Assembly: GCA_051294375.1 (NCBI GenBank)
Contig: JBJCIZ010000239.1
Span: 2,431,476-2,495,475, forward strand
Direction: 5' to 3'
Origin: Paraspadella gotoi
Taxonomy: Eukaryota; Animalia; Chaetognatha
Length of the DNA stretch: 64,000 nt
In this document: in pieces, positions 26,422-40,651 of the stretch
How positions within the stretch are numbered: the stretch's first letter is position 1
How the letters are laid out: the number at the start of each line of letters is the position of its first letter
The notes under the pieces: model-generated
Seen by the model: the letters and a program-made list of their open reading frames with translations, nothing else
Database searches by the model: none
Told to the model about the DNA's origin: nothing
Program-made: the position numbers and the translations under genes

Positions 26422-26735
26422 AGACTAAAGCGTCGTTCTCCTCTTTCGATGCGTTGTTTGTGGTTTGAGATTCGTTAGTTCGTTTAGATAGTATGTTTGA
26501 TCGTTATCTTTTCAAACGTTGTTGAATTTTTACTTTTCAGATTCCATATTTGGGTCTGCTGACCATCTATGACGTGGGTCAGTAAGGAAAGAACTTTTTT
26601 TGAGCTACAAAGGAACTGTTATAACTTTTTTTGTGTTCAATGCATGTTGTGATGAGTTTTTGTTATTAACATACAGTTAACCCTGTCTAAGATTTACGGG
26701 AGGATTTGTTCGGCCGTGGACCCACTTAATTTCAT

Positions 26736-29700
26736 ATGGCATCGACTTTCGAAAACCCTGATCTGTCACCAAACAACGGCCAACAAACAGCTTACAAGAT
26801 GATAGCAGCTGGAGAATCCAGAGTTTTCGTCCCTAACGTAAGATTTATTTCGTTCTGGTTAATGTAGTGCTAGGAAACGTAACAAATGCTATTTAATAGG
26901 TTGTTATTTGTTGGACATAAACTTTTTTTAGGGTTGCTCTTACAAAAAAAAAAAAAAATTTATTCTCAAATTGTTATTATTTAGGGAAGGCACATTCTTT
27001 CTTCTGATATGCACCCTGGCCGTCTTTTTTCGAGATCACATTTACAAAAGTGCAAGGAAGACGGCGATTTCGATTATTTTGAAACCCACAGCAAGTTTTC
27101 CCTCAGAAAAAGCGGTAAGTTTTCACTTTAGATTTCGTCGTCAATCGATTCGTCCATTTTTGTTTTCTTCTCAGCCAATCTCAGTTCCTCCAAAGTCAAA
27201 AGGAAAGAGTTTTGGCGCCGACGAGTCGATGCCACCGGCGTCACCGACGAGCTCTACGTTTTCGGCGACACTGTCATTTGGAGCCGCGAGGGACTTCACG
27301 GAAAGGGAATCTCCTCTTTGCAGACCGGAACTATCGTTCGTTCGCTCACGGTCGACACTCCGGTGCAAGATGCTCTGTGGACGAAATTCAAGGAACAATC
27401 CGAAGCGATTGACGGCGGGACGACGGAACCCGTTTCCTACGAAGAATACCTCGTCGTTTTGGAATCAACCATTTTGAGCGCCTACGCGGCGAAAGGGAAG
27501 ACTCACACCACCTTTCTCCCATTCCCTGTTTCTCGCGTGTGGCCCTTGAAGGATGGCTTGTTGGTCGAGCGCGACGCCGGCAAAAGTGGCGCCGCGGCCA
27601 ACGTTCTTTCCACTATGTTCACTCTGTCTCATCCATTGGACGAATTCAAGCCGATTCTCTCTCGCTCAACCGTCGGCGGCGCTTCGACTCCCCGAATGAA
27701 TTACGTGACCGATACGAACATCGAAGTCGTCTTCACGAGCCGAGATCCCTCCATCGTCGTCTTCTACGACAAACGAACCTCTCTCCATTCCATCTGGCTC
27801 GTCGAAGACTTCACCAACGATCCCGAGTCCTTCAACTTTCAGGGAATGGTCGGCGTCGTTTCCGGAGTCTCCAGTCCCATGACGCAATCCTCGAAAAGCA
27901 AATCTAGCATCGACCCCGCGCGTTCTTCGAAGAACAGTTCGACGTCGACAAATTCTCAAGGGTTGTTTCATCAGTCACCGTTGAGTCGAACTCTGCATTC
28001 GAGCACCATGTCGCGACTAACCGGCCTCTCGTCGAACACGCACTCGCCTCAGGTCTCGGGCTCTTTGGGTTCGCCCTTTCGCACGATGAACAGCCGATTG
28101 AACTCGCCGACTCAGTCGCGCCCTCAATCGCCGAGCATTTCGCACATGGCGTCGCTGACTCGATGTCAAACTCCGTCGCCTTCGCGGACCCACGTTCGTC
28201 TCGGCAACGCCAGTTTCAACTCTTTCGACGCCAGCGTCAATTTCACGCCTTCCAAGATGCTCTTTCGTCCCTGGACGCCGCGTACGGCGCGCGGGGCCAA
28301 CGCTTCGACGGTTGGAGAAAGTTTCTACGAGCAAGTGGAACCCCTTCCTCCCGAGGTGTTCATCGATCTCATTTGGACGGAGAATTTTGTCAGGAAAAAG
28401 TCCACCTCGAACCGTCGCGCGACCAAGGTCGATATAACAGTCGATTTCGCCAGGCAAAAGTATATCTGCTTCTTGATATCCGCCTCCCAAAATTTGATGA
28501 TGGTCAAATTCGAGGATTGCAACGAAAGTAAGCAATTGATCTTTGGATCCGTGACCAATGTTCCAGCTATTGACTTTGGCGTGGTCCGGCCTAAGTTGTT
28601 GGTGATATTGGACCCTTCACAATCTCTCATTCTGTACTCGGGAACTACTAAGATTGGGAAGATTTACGTTGGCGGTGACTTTGGCCAAGTTCAGTGGTCT
28701 CCATCCTTTACTGGAAGCCTCGTTACGAATCAAATTTTAAGCGCCATTCCTTCCCGCCTTACGATGGCCCTTAGACTCGGCAATCAAGAAAGGCAAATCC
28801 CTTCAACACCGAAGTGCCCTCCTTCGTCCAGCAATCGTCCTTCAGTATCCCCCACTCAGTTTGTCGTCTCCAACGTCTCCCCAGTTCCGACCGAACTCTC
28901 CGGGATTTCGTTGAAAACTTTGACGCAAGATTCGCCGATTGTCGGCGTCTTCAACAAAGTTCCAAATAATTCGGCGACGAAAAGTGACTCTGCAGCTCCG
29001 TTGTTCACCGCTATTCGAGAGACGCACGGAAGTAACTTGGTGATTGATCTCACCAACGGTTCGTCCATTTGCGTAAATCTTCCCGACATCGCATCTCATG
29101 CCGCCGTTCGCCTTTGCCTCGACGCATTGCTGTCCGTGCTGCCCAAAGATGTGTCCTTGTCCGCCTTGTCAAAATGGTATCTTCATCGAAACTCTCCCGG
29201 TGGTTATGCCATTTGTGGCACCTCGGAATGGGTCCTATTTTGCAAGTGGCTCATGTCCAGTTTGGGCTACGACCTCAAAGAATTACGAGTCTTCGGATCA
29301 GAGAGGGACGAGGAAAATGTTTCCCAGGAGCATAGTTTTTCGAAAAAGCTCAAACCCGCCGATTCTGGCGAAGGCGCGGACTGGGAAGCCTTGTTATCCA
29401 GCTCCACCGCATTCAATAACGACTTTCGGAGTCGCGAGGCTAACTTGTTACGCATGCCGAAATTGGAAGAGACGGCGAAAGACCAAAACTCATTTTCTTC
29501 CGAGCGCTCGGTCAATTCTAACCAATTTCTTTTCCCTTTCATTCCATCGATATTTTACGGATTTTACCTCGTATATGAAGAATTGAAACTCGGCGCGAAG
29601 TCGCCCGACGATTTCAACTGCCTTCAATTGGCAACGCATTTGCTGCACATCCTGGCGGCCGACGTTGGCTTCGTCGAATACCTGGCCGAATTCGAAAGGG

Positions 29701-32700
29701 ACAAACCGGAACTTGTTTCAACCGGTCGCCCACTCGTCTCGAGGCCCATTGGTCCCGTCGATTTCCCCAAGCTCAACTTTCCCAGCTTCATTCCTCATCA
29801 GCCGATCGACGTTTATCAATGGCTGGATACGGCTTTGACTAATCCCCACAATTTGACGCCTCTTAATTTTATACCGAAAGTCACGGTTCTAACCCGACGA
29901 ATCGTCTCCACATATCTCCGTCTGGTAACTCAATTACATCCGGATTTAAAACTTGATTCGTTGCTGAGGCCGTTGAAGTCGACCCGAAAATTAGCTTCAC
30001 TGCCGACAAATCTTTCTGCCGATTCCGAACAAAGAGTTTTTGAATCGATCATCCTTCATTTTTCTCGCTTCGGGTTGAACCGGGAGGACGTGATGTCACT
30101 TCCCTTCGGAGTTTCCCTCTTGCCACTGGACGCCCTTTATCATTGCCGTCTAAAGCCGGCGGCGGATTGGCCGGAGCATGCCTTTCTTCTCATCGGCCGG
30201 GAAGACTTACTGGAATTGAAGCGACGGCAACGAAGCAACAACTGGAACTCGTCGACCAACTCGTTCAACTTGACTAAAATTAAGAACACGATCATGACCA
30301 AAGACGATGAGCAGGACGGCATGGAGATCGTGGACAGCCAACTGCTTCGAATGCTCTACAAGGAAGACCTTCGCGTACAGGAAGCCCGCAAACTCTTGCA
30401 ATCTTCCAAACCCGTCGTTATCAATATCGCTCAACGGGCGGAGGTGTCCGATCATGAATTCGTCGAGGAACAAGAGCGTTGTCTTTCTGCATTTTGCGTG
30501 AGAACGATGGCGTTGCCGATCGGACGGGGCATCTTTACATTGCACACGACCACGCCCATCATCACGGAGACGCTGCCGGTTCCCAATCTCAATCTGACCG
30601 GTCGCGCTTTGCCACGGAACACGACGGTCGAGCTCACGCACATAGAAGTCCCGGCCAATATGAGTGCCTGGCCCGCCTTTCACAACGGCGTCGCGGCGGG
30701 ACTTAAATTGGTGGCGCAACAATCTGCCTCCGCTATTGCGTCGGCTTGGATAACCTTCAACTGCCCGAAATCCAACAATCTCACCAACGAACACGCCGGT
30801 TTGTGCTTCATTTAGTTTAGGGTTGCGACTGTTCTTGATTGGTTTTTAAAATTTTGTTTTAAGTCGAAATATGAAATGAATTAATATTTTATAAGTTATA
30901 CTTAATGTATCAGTGATATCCATTTGAAATTTATTAATAATGATGTATACAAGGTGATACACTGATACACGACAGACCGCCGCTAAAAAAAAATTATTTG
31001 CAAACATGTAAAGAATTTTTTAATCTGAAATTTTTTCTGTTGTAAAAACCTAAATTATTTATATATCCAAATTTTATATTGATGGTTTTGATTTGATATG
31101 ACAATGAGTGGAGAAAAGTTGCCTTCAAAATTGTGTTTCATTTTAAAACTCCATTTTTTTTCTTCAATCTGTTTGTTTAACTTTTTAAACATTTTTTTGA
31201 AAAAAATTATATTAATATCTTCTGAAAGCTCTTAAAAATATGAAGAGAATGGTATAATTAAAACTACTGTAATATAAAAATTAACCTATCCAGCTTTAAA
31301 TAAGAAAAGATAATCAAAATTAAAAAAATTATTAAATTAAAAAAATCTTAAAGAGCAGTTTTTGATTAATTATTAAATTATTGTAAACCATTTTAAGCTT
31401 TTTTATGATACCTATATAGTAAATAAACAATAATTGATGAATACATTATAATGAAAATAGGTCAGATATTTGAAAAAATATATTTTAGGGTTTTATTATT
31501 TCAATTTGGATTATCTTGATTAAACTAAAGCTGGTTAGGCTTATTTTCATGTTACAATATTCTTAAATATGTGTGTCACCTCGTATCTGTGAATATACAG
31601 TAAAAGTATTGAAAATCTAAGAATAATCTAAAAAAAGCTCCTCGTTCATTCTCTCAACTTATTTTTTCTCCAATCCATAGGATTTCTTATGGCCCTGGGT
31701 TTAAACGGTCATCTTTCCCGCCTCACAACGCTCAACATCCACGATTATCTTTGTCGCGAACATGATTTCACGGGCGTGGGTCTCCTTCTGGGCATCGCCT
31801 CTGCTCATATGGGAACAATGGACGTGGCCACGACGCGAGTTCTCTCCATTCACGTCGGCGCTTTGTTGCCGCCCACGTCTACCGAGCTGGACGTCTCCCA
31901 TCCGGTTCAAGTCGCCGCTGTGATGAGCATTGGCCTCGTTTTCGCCCAAACGGCTCATCGCCACATGGCCGAGATCCTTCTCGGCGAAATCGGCCGCCCT
32001 CCGGGACCCGAAATGGAAAATTGCGTAGACCGGGAGTCTTACTCCCTCGCTGCGGGATTGGCTTTGGGCTTCGTCATGTTGGGCAAGGGAAATAACGAGC
32101 GACACGGATTGTCCGATCTCAGCCTCTCCGATCAACTTTACCATTTGATGGTCGGCGGGACCCGACGACCCCCGACGGGACCCACGCGCGAGAGATACCG
32201 TTCACCGAGCTACCAGATTCGGGAAGGAAACTCCGTCAATACTGACGTCACTTCGCCTGGCGCCACGCTGGCTCTCGGAATGATGTTCTTTAAAACTGGG
32301 AATCAGGCGGTGGCTCAATGGATGGAGGCGCCTGACACGCAGTTTCTCCTCGAATTCGTACGCCCGGACTTTTTGCTTTTGAGAACGGTCGCCAGAGGGC
32401 TTATTTTGTGGGAGGAGGTCGCGCCGACGCTGGCCTGGCTGGAGTCGAATATTCCGGAAATAGTGCTCAGCAACACTTGGTCAGGTATTTATCCGGTTAT
32501 AGAGTGAAATAAGAGATTGACATAAGTAGCTTCCAATTAAGGTCAAAAGAAAAAAACACAGAGAGGGTAAAAGAATGTTCATTGTTCAAGCCTTGAATCA
32601 AGGTTACAGCTAATATCTTTATTTCCATATATTATAATATTTGTATAATAATTAACAATTTTTACAATTGATTATTAGGTGAAGAAGATTCCTGCTTTTC

Positions 32701-34276
32701 AATCAATATTGATCCCGACGTCGACATAGAGACCATGACCCAAGCTCGTCTTAATTTCGAAGCCGGCGCCTGCATGATCATTGGGCTGCGATTTGCCGGA
32801 ACCGCCAACGAGGCCGCTTTCAAACTGCTACACGGCGTAGCCTGCAAGCTGATCCGTTTACAACACAATCCCTCACATCCGGCCTCGACTTATGCGGGAA
32901 AAAATACAGTTGAATCTTGTCTCGTGACCGTCGTGGTTTCGCTGGCCATGGTCATGGCCGGATCGGGAAATCTCGAGGTCATTCGCATCTGCCGACTTCT
33001 TCACGCTCGTGTCGGTTCCGCCTACGCCAGTTATGTCACCTATGGCTCTCACATGGCCGTTCACATGGCGCTGGGTCTTCTCTTCATGGGCGGCGGGCGA
33101 TACACTCTAGGAAATTCCGGCACCGCGGTCGCCGCCATGCTGTGCGCGTTCTTTCCAAAGTGGCCCGTCCACTCCAACGACAACCGATATCATCTACAAG
33201 CGTTTCGTCATCTTTATGTCTTGGCGGCGGAGCGACGAATCTTTCTGCCAGTCGACGTCGATTCCCGTGATGGATGTTATGTTCCTATAGAACTCGAGTT
33301 TAAGGAAGATCCCTCCTACCTCGGCCCGACCAAATTCCAATTCATGGCTCCTTGCATGTTACCCGACCTCAACCTATTGCGGAAGATCTCCGTGAAGGAG
33401 CCTCGTTATTGGCCCGTTGAGTTCGAACGAGGAAAGAATTGGGACGCGTTGACGGGCATCCTCTCCAGATCCGGTGAGGTCTTTGTCAAAAGAAGGGCCG
33501 GGCACTTGAGTTACGAACAAGACCCCAAGGGTTATCGCAGCCAATTGATGCAAAGCTTCTCCAACGACGGACGCAACGTGCAAAGACTCAATCTGGATTC
33601 GTTGAAGAATCTTCGACATCTCTCTTCCGATGCGTGCGTTCAAGCCTTCGGTCGATTCTTCTGCTGCGCCCGACTCGGCGGCGAGTTGAAAGGTGGAGGC
33701 GCCTCTCGGGACGCCGAGGGAACGGACGCTCATCACGTACAAACGATGAGCTCCTTGTTGCAAGAATGCGTAGCTGATGAAAAGCCCGAAACCATGGCCG
33801 CGCAATTGCAGATGATACGCGCTGGGAATCTCGTCCACCGACTAGACTCTCCTGGCTCGGATTTCGACGCGCCGTCGCTGCTGCTGACGCTGACGCTTTG
33901 TCAATTGAAACTCGTCAAGACTTATGCGGCGTTGCTGGACGCGCGGCGCGACACGCTGCTTTCCGACTCGGAAACGTTTGTCTCTTCGAAATTCATTCGA
34001 GGTTCGTTGAATCTGATCTGCAGAAAGATGGAGGATATAATGAAGAAGACGGAGGGATCGAAGGATCGCCCGATTAGCCGGGATTCGATCCTCGCTCAAG
34101 ATGAGGAGAAATCTATTTTTCTCCGGAAAGCCTCTGAGATTTTGATCGATCTTCGATCAATCAATGAGAATGATTGTTCGAACGGCGAGCGAGTCGAAGA
34201 AGACGACGACGAGTCTCCGCTGTTTTTAAAAGCCTACTGTGATAATAAAAACTCCTTAACAAAGTTTGTCAGCTAA
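26736..34276 (+). CDS. ANAPC1: Anaphase-promoting complex subunit 1, 5 coding exons
   Basis: MIAAGESRVFVP N-terminus, DELYVFGDTVIWS, WPAFHNGVAAGL, EIGRPPGPEMENCVDRESYSLAAGLALG, DNRYHLQAFRHLYVLA. Introns near 26838, 27115, 30799 and 32485. Confidence 0.96.
30950..31583. mobile_element. Putative non-autonomous Tc1/mariner-type element in an ANAPC1 intron
   Basis: TA|CAAGGTGATACAC ... GTGTGTCACCTCG|TA: 13-bp TIR with 2 mismatches, TA on both sides, AT-rich non-coding interior. Confidence 0.5.
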
Positions 34277-34592
34277 GGAACTGTTAAAAAAATAATTTGA
34301 ATACATCTGAATTTGAATACATTTGAATACATCTCGAATAAGTTTTTTTTCTATTTTGTGTTGGCTATGTTGAGTTGTAAGTTTTTATTTTTATTACATA
34401 TTTACCGTTATTTACCATTTAATTTTCCATTTATTTCAATTTTATTTCAATATTCTTTTTCCAGTAGTAAGCCAGATGTGGTTGTAAAAGTCTATCTATT
34501 TAGTTCCAAAATTTCATTCACACTTAAATTTTAAAGGCAAGAACATGAAAATTAACCGTACAAACGAAAGGACAAACAGTTCTAATTCGCTT

Positions 34593-34800
34593 CATTTTAC
34601 ATTCGCCGACTTGGGTTAGGAGTACAGTATAGGTTATTATAAGGGGGGGTTTGTTGCCTGTGATAAGATAGGCATATAACTAGGTACCAAAAGGTTCAGT
34701 GTTCATTAATATCTTACTTGATGATATGTTGACTTGACTTGGGGTAGTTTAGGGTAGGCTTAGGGACTAGGGAGTTTAGGGTAATTAGGTAATTCGGTAA
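34593..34800 (-). mobile_element. Degenerate, inverted copy related to MITE family A
   Basis: ATTTTACATTCGCCGACTTGGGTTAGG resembles the family A TIR, with TTAGGG-like repeats at about 34741-34790. Second TIR not found. Confidence 0.5.
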
Positions 34801-35299
34801 CAACTTTTACCTTTTTTTTAATTGGTTAATATTAAATTTTACCCTAGATCTTTTAAGAATTCTCAATCTTAGACTTAGTTTTGCCGCACTGATTGCAGTG
34901 ATCTTATTTGAATTTTGGCTGCTTTTGAATCGTCTGCTTCAAGATATTGGTTCCTTGCATGCCTAGTTCAAGCTCGACGCTGATTGGAGGTGGTGTTTCA
35001 AAAGATGTCGTCTAGGAGAATTGAATGAACCATTACAATAGTGTTCATCATAGCATTCATATATAATAATACTTTATTTATTACGCTTACTTGTTAATTC
35101 ATTCTCTTCATGAACTTTTGGAATGGTTTAAATGCGAGTAATTTCTTGATAGTTATAAAATATAATTTTACAGAATGACACGTTGTGTTTGTGGAACCTT
35201 CCAAAACGGCCTGTTTGTAAACAAGCGAGGAAATAATCGTGGATAGATATTAATTATTATAAAAAATATTAATTAACCGCAACTTAATCATTCATTGCG

Positions 35300-35998
35300 A
35301 TGATGGTGGTTATTGCAAGAACCTCACTAACTAGAATTCGACTCTCGGCATTTCTGATTTTCCAACGATCGATGGCCACAAACGTCAATCATTATGACAT
35401 CTTGGGCGTCGGAAAGAAAGCCACCAAGGAGGAAGTGCGTAAGGCTTACTACGCCAGGTCCAAGGTTCGTAAGATGATATTATCTCGAGGGCGATATTAT
35501 TATTCCCGAGTGTATCGTCACCTTCGTCAGGAATATCACCCTGACCACAATCCCAACGATCCTTCGCTCCACGACAAGTTCGTCAAGTTGCAAGAGTCAT
35601 ACGCCATTCTCCGTTCCCCTACCAAGAGAAGAGACTACGATTTGCGCGGGTTCAGAACTCACCGAGTCGAGGCTCCCGAGACATGGATCATTCCCAACGA
35701 CGATCCCCTTCACTGGGAGGAACCCGCAGGACCCGGCTTTAATGCTCCCACCGGCGGCCAAACTGATAAAACCCGAATGGCGAACTTGTTTGTTATGGCG
35801 GTCGCTCTTCTCACGGTGGGCGGGGGTAGTTTATTCGTCATGGGATACGTCAAGTACGTGTGGCAAGCGAGGCGGTTAGCGTTGGACGAGCGGGACTTAA
35901 TGGGGATTCGTCGCCGACGGGATGTAATGTCGTCTGACTATCGCATGGAAAATATTGATCGCCTTTCGAATCAGTTGGAGGAGAGTGAAGAAGATTAA
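35300..35998 (+). CDS. DnaJ-domain protein with C-terminal TM helix (DNAJC4-like), 2 exons
   Basis: NHYDILGV..SK|EYHPDHNP (HPD motif) after removing intron 35465-35530. Hydrophobic helix LFVMAVALLTVGGGSLFVMGYV. Presequence-like N-terminus. Confidence 0.85.
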   Translation: MMVVIARTSLTRIRLSAFLIFQRSMATNVNHYDILGVGKKATKEEVRKAYYARSKVRKMILSRGRYYYSRVYRHLRQEYHPDHNPNDPSLHDKFVKLQESYAILRSPTKRRDYDLRGFRTHRVEAPETWIIPNDDPLHWEEPAGPGFNAPTGGQTDKTRMANLFVMAVALLTVGGGSLFVMGYVKYVWQARRLALDERDLMGIRRRRDVMSSDYRMENIDRLSNQLEESEED

Positions 35999-36112
35999 AA
36001 TTTTTTAAAAAAGAATTGCTTTTAGGGATTATTATTTAAGATAATATTTTGATGCTCTGTTACTATTTTTCGTTTGTTTTTTTTTTTTTCTGTTTTCAAG
36101 TAAGCAATTATC

Positions 36113-36982
36113 ATGGCTTGGCGAGCGGTACGACCCGTCGGGCTGGCGCTCGGGCGCGGCATGGGACAGATTGAAATAAAAAGGATAGCGCCCTCATTAG
36201 CCAGAACTGTGTATACGAGTCCGAGTCTCTCCGTCAGCATCAAAAAAGCGAAAAAGAAACTGACGAACAAAGAGTGGGTCAAAATACTCGAACCGGAACA
36301 ATACTACGTTTGTCGGGAGGCGGGAACGGAGACCCCCTTCAGCGGCGTCTATTGCCTTCACGACGAAGAAGGCACCTACTCTTGCGTTTGCTGCAAGAAT
36401 CCCCTGTTCTCCTCCAAACACAAATATTCGTCGCGGAGCGGATGGCCCGCCTTCGCTGACGTTTTGAGCGGTGGGTCAATTTCGAAATTCTTTTCTTTTA
36501 TTAAATTTTTTTTAATATTATCTTAAGAAGTTGGTACAACCAATACAAAATAATGAAATAATTAAATTAGATTGAGTTTATAAATCTCATTTACATAGTG
36601 TAGTGTTAAATCTAAATGAGTTAAATTTCATTTTGTATTTCAATATTAGTTCTGTTTTTCGGTTTTTCAACAGTTAAATAGCAATGTTAATGATTAACAT
36701 GAATTATAGTTATATTCTAACTAATTAATGAATAATAATTTAACAAAATTGCCCTCTTATAATATATTTATTTATTTATTTACGTTTCTCTAAACAGAGG
36801 ATGGGAAACCAAGCGTAATGACTCGTTCGGACAGTTCGCACGGAATGATCAGGGTCGAGGTTCTTTGTCGTCAATGCGACTCGCATCTCGGTCACTTATT
36901 CGACGACGGACCGCAACCCCATGGTCTTCACTACTGCATCAACAGCGTGGCGCTTTCCTTCGAACCGACCGAGCCCGAGTAA
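36113..36982 (+). CDS. MSRB: Methionine-R-sulfoxide reductase B (Cys type, probably mitochondrial), 2 exons
   Basis: [45 protein letters not shown]. Intron 36471-36797. Confidence 0.93.
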
Positions 36983-37660
36983 AACGGTTTTTGCAACGGG
37001 CCAAACTGACGATGTCGATTTTACCAGATCGATAAACTCAAGTTTCTTCATACAGTTTCCTATGTTACTAATTTCGCAATTGATATATTGATGAAAATTA
37101 CTTTTTCATCAATGGCGAAAGGTGACATTGGTTACAATTAACTTTTTTTTTAGTAATTGAAAAATATTGCTCTTCGCCTTTGGGTCGATGCTCAATTTTT
37201 TTTATTATTACAAACTATCTTCTTTTCTTCACTTCAGTTAGGTTTTTTCTACGAGATAAATGTTTAGTGTACTTGGCTGTTTCTAAGGCTTGATATGTTC
37301 GAAGGCCTACGTATATTGAAGTTTTTTTTATTTTGTATTCAAATGTCATAATTATTGTCAACTTGCAACTTTACCAAAAATCAACAAGTTCACTAAAAAT
37401 AGAAGTTGGTAGATTGGCTATATATATTCTATATATATCTTTCGCGCCCGAGATTTTTGAACTGGTCTAACGTTACTGGCTTGGTTTCGTGCCGCTTAAT
37501 TTGATAAAATACCTTTTTGTAATTCTGGTTTTGTTATATATATTAAATCATGAGTTACATATTACTCCGGTAATTGCTGTGACCGAGAATATTTACAAGA
37601 CTTAGCATTGTTTTTTGGATTTTGTTTGACTTTTAGTTATTAGTCATATTTGGAGTGGCG

Positions 37661-38200
37661 ATGGCGTCACCAGCGCGGGCTCCGTCGACGCTCCCCGTTG
37701 ATCGCTTGCAACAACTCGATGATATTGAGCGGGAAATCGCGGAGGCCATGAAGAACGCGGGCGCTTCACTGCAAGAGCTCGCCAAGGACAACATCACCAA
37801 AAAGAACGCCGAACAGACTTCTACCGCTTACGTCAAAAGTTTGCAAAAAATCGAGAACGAGCTTTTGAAGCAAATTAATTATTTGGCTCAGGTACGTTGT
37901 AGTAATTCGGGAATTGAATCCCAAAAAAGTAACTTTAGATTATTTACATTTTTTACATTAAACGATTATGGTTTTATCATTAAAATTCTCTTGTCATTAC
38001 TGGGGGTTGTTATCCTTCAGGTCGCTACCGGAAATCCTCACGAAGGATCGTGTTACGCGGGACAAAAAGAGGCTATGATGGCCTATCATCGTTGCGCTCA
38101 TGTGACCACGAGGCTTCGCGACCTTGAAAACCGGAGGCCAAAATCCCAATTGCCTGGAACTCCGAATGGCGCTTGCAATGGAACGATTAACAGAAGTTGA
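37661..38200 (+). CDS. MED11: Mediator subunit 11, 2 exons
   Basis: DRLQQLDDIEREI..LQELAKD..QINYLAQ|VATGNPHEGSCY. Intron 37892-38020. Confidence 0.92.
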   Translation: MASPARAPSTLPVDRLQQLDDIEREIAEAMKNAGASLQELAKDNITKKNAEQTSTAYVKSLQKIENELLKQINYLAQVRCSNSGIESQKSNFRLFTFFTLNDYGFIIKILLSLLGVVILQVATGNPHEGSCYAGQKEAMMAYHRCAHVTTRLRDLENRRPKSQLPGTPNGACNGTINRS

Positions 38201-38471
38201 ACGCGCAATTTGCCTTTCCTTCCCTCCCCCCAGCCCTCCCCCATCCCGTACACTTTTCGATGTTCCCAAGTTTCTCTTCGTCATTTGTCGCTTTCTTCAA
38301 ATATGTTTGACTCGTTGAAAAAGTTTCGGTTTATTTCATTTTTTTCCCTCAATTCATCAGAGCTTTCCATAGAAATGTCACTTTATTCATGCTCATGTAT
38401 ATGTCATTGTCATTCATAAATTTAAATCTAATTTATCGTTCACGACTTTTTTAAGTTCCGCCAAAAGCAAG

Positions 38472-39849
38472 ATGGTGTCGGTAATAAACACTGTCGACAC
38501 CGGACACGAGGACATGGTTCACGACGCGCAAATGGACTTTTACGGAACACGCCTGGCCACCTGTTCCTCGGACCGAACGGTCAAGGTTTTCGACGTCCTC
38601 AATGGTCAACAAACTCTGGTCGCCACTCTGGTCAAACACGATGGTCCAGTTTGGCAAGTCGCCTGGGGCCATCCTTCCTTCGGGACTCTTCTCGCAAGCT
38701 GCGGGTTTGTAATAGAGATAGAGATTCAACTTTGTTTGATAAAGTCCTTCAAATTTTCACTTGTATGAAAAGGTACGATCGAAAGGTGATCATTTGGAAA
38801 GAAATGTCCGACGGGAGTTGGTCTAACTACGAGTACACCGGTCACGAATCTTCCGTTAACTCGGTCTGCTGGGCACCGAGCGACTTCGGACACATGCTGG
38901 CCTGTGGGAGCAGGTTGATACCTCCAAACCCTTTAATTATTAATTGATTACGTTTATTGTAAACTTATTCTGTTTTAGCGATGGCTCCATATCCGTTTTA
39001 ACGGGAAGTACCGACGGTTCCACTTGGGAGGCCAAGAAGATAGCCAACGCGCATACAATTGGTTGCAACGCCGTGTCGTGGGGACCCGCGGTCGCGCCCG
39101 GCGCTCTGATCGACGAGCCCGGGAGTCACGTCAATCCGCCCCCCAAGAGATTCGTGTCTGGTGGTTGTGATAATCTCGTTAAGGTTAGATCGGGATTGAA
39201 ATAGTACGAGGGTTTCGTTGTTACCTCCGAGACCACTTTTTTTTTCCCACCGACATGCGAATGGCTCCGACCGTTGCGTCTATGAAACCCTGGGCTTCCA
39301 ATTTTTGTTGGACCTCCCTGTACTAAATGTAGCATGACGAAAGAAAAGTTACATGTAAATTAAGCTAAATTCAATTTAGATATGGAAGGAAAAAACGGAT
39401 GGCTCCGGCGGCTTCGAAGAAGAGGAAAAACTGGAGGGTCATTCCGATTGGGTGCGCGACGTGGCGTGGGCGCCATCCATCGGCCTCCCGAAGACCGTTA
39501 TCGCTTCTTGCGGCCAGGACTGTCGCGTCATCATTTGGACTCACGACGGGTCGCCCGGGGCTCAATGGCGATCTAAGGTTGGTTTTATTATGGTATCGAA
39601 AGTACTATTAACACTTTTAATAATGTTAATCTATTTTTTTCTTATATCAAGATTCTCCACAAATTTTCCGACGTAATCTGGCACGTGAGTTGGTCCATCA
39701 CGGGAAACATCCTCGCCGTCTCCGGAGGCGCCAATAAAGTCTCATTGTGGAAGGAGACGTTGGAGGGACAATGGGTCTGCATCTCTGATATGAAAGACAA
39801 AAATCGAACCGGGAATGCGGACGACAACAGAGAACCTCGAGTCGCATGA
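38472..39849 (+). CDS. SEC13: WD40 protein SEC13, 5 exons
   Basis: [83 protein letters not shown]. Confidence 0.97.
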
Positions 39850-40651
39850 GAAATTGTTTTAAATATCATTGTTTTAATTCAATTTAACTCGTTAAAATTA
39901 GTAAAATTAAAATTTTGTCGAACTACCTTTTTAGTCTTGGTCATCCTGAAATAGATTTATAGAGACTTCTAGTTCTACGTTGAGGTTATAATTCAAAAGA
40001 AGCATTCCGGGGTTTCTTCTTCGTAAAAATTTTGCGCGTCGTATCAGGATGAGCATGTAGGATCAGAGCATTGCGGGCAGACGTGATCATTATTTAACTT
40101 ATACGGATTGATAATATTTTAGAAATAAATTCCATTGTAGTAGGATGGCAATATTTTTTTAAAAGAACAACATATAACGACCAGTAATATAAGCTTGATT
40201 TAGTTCCATGTTTCCTTAACATTTATTTTACCATCGTCGAAGCTTCTAAACTCTCGAACTACCACGAATGATTCTCAAGGGCAACAGAAAAGTCGCAGCC
40301 GTTGGAGAACAAAACAAAACGTGGGCTCTGCGAGATTAACAAACATTAAACTAGTCTTTCTCATGAAAATGTTTTTTTTACTTTTTCAATAAATAACCGG
40401 ACAGTCTAACCAATAAAAGGTTTTTAAAGCGTTCCCTAGTGTGACACGTTTGACCATTCTTTTAATATTTTATTATCATTATATGCATACTTTTTGTTTT
40501 TAGATAGTTTATCATCACGAATGAAGCAAATTCGGACGCAAATGAATAGAATAAATGATTATATAGATTGTTCTGAAAAACCTATCGACATGAAACTATG
40601 AATTCTAGTGATGATTGAACCGAACGATGACTTCTCGCTCATTTACCGACA

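Noticed and set aside
34295-34337. TTTGAATACA tandem repeat, and GA/TA microsatellites (56420-56452, 62535-62570)
   Set aside because: Ordinary slippage repeats, not CRISPR-like and not evidently functional.
37087-37178. Hairpins in the MsrB 3' UTR as a SECIS element
   Set aside because: The catalytic residue is a TGC Cys with no in-frame TGA, and the stems lack SECIS core geometry.
39207-39320. Possible mariner-like MITE in a SEC13 intron (TA|CGAGGG...CCCTG|TA)
   Set aside because: The inverted match is only a few bases and no second copy was seen.
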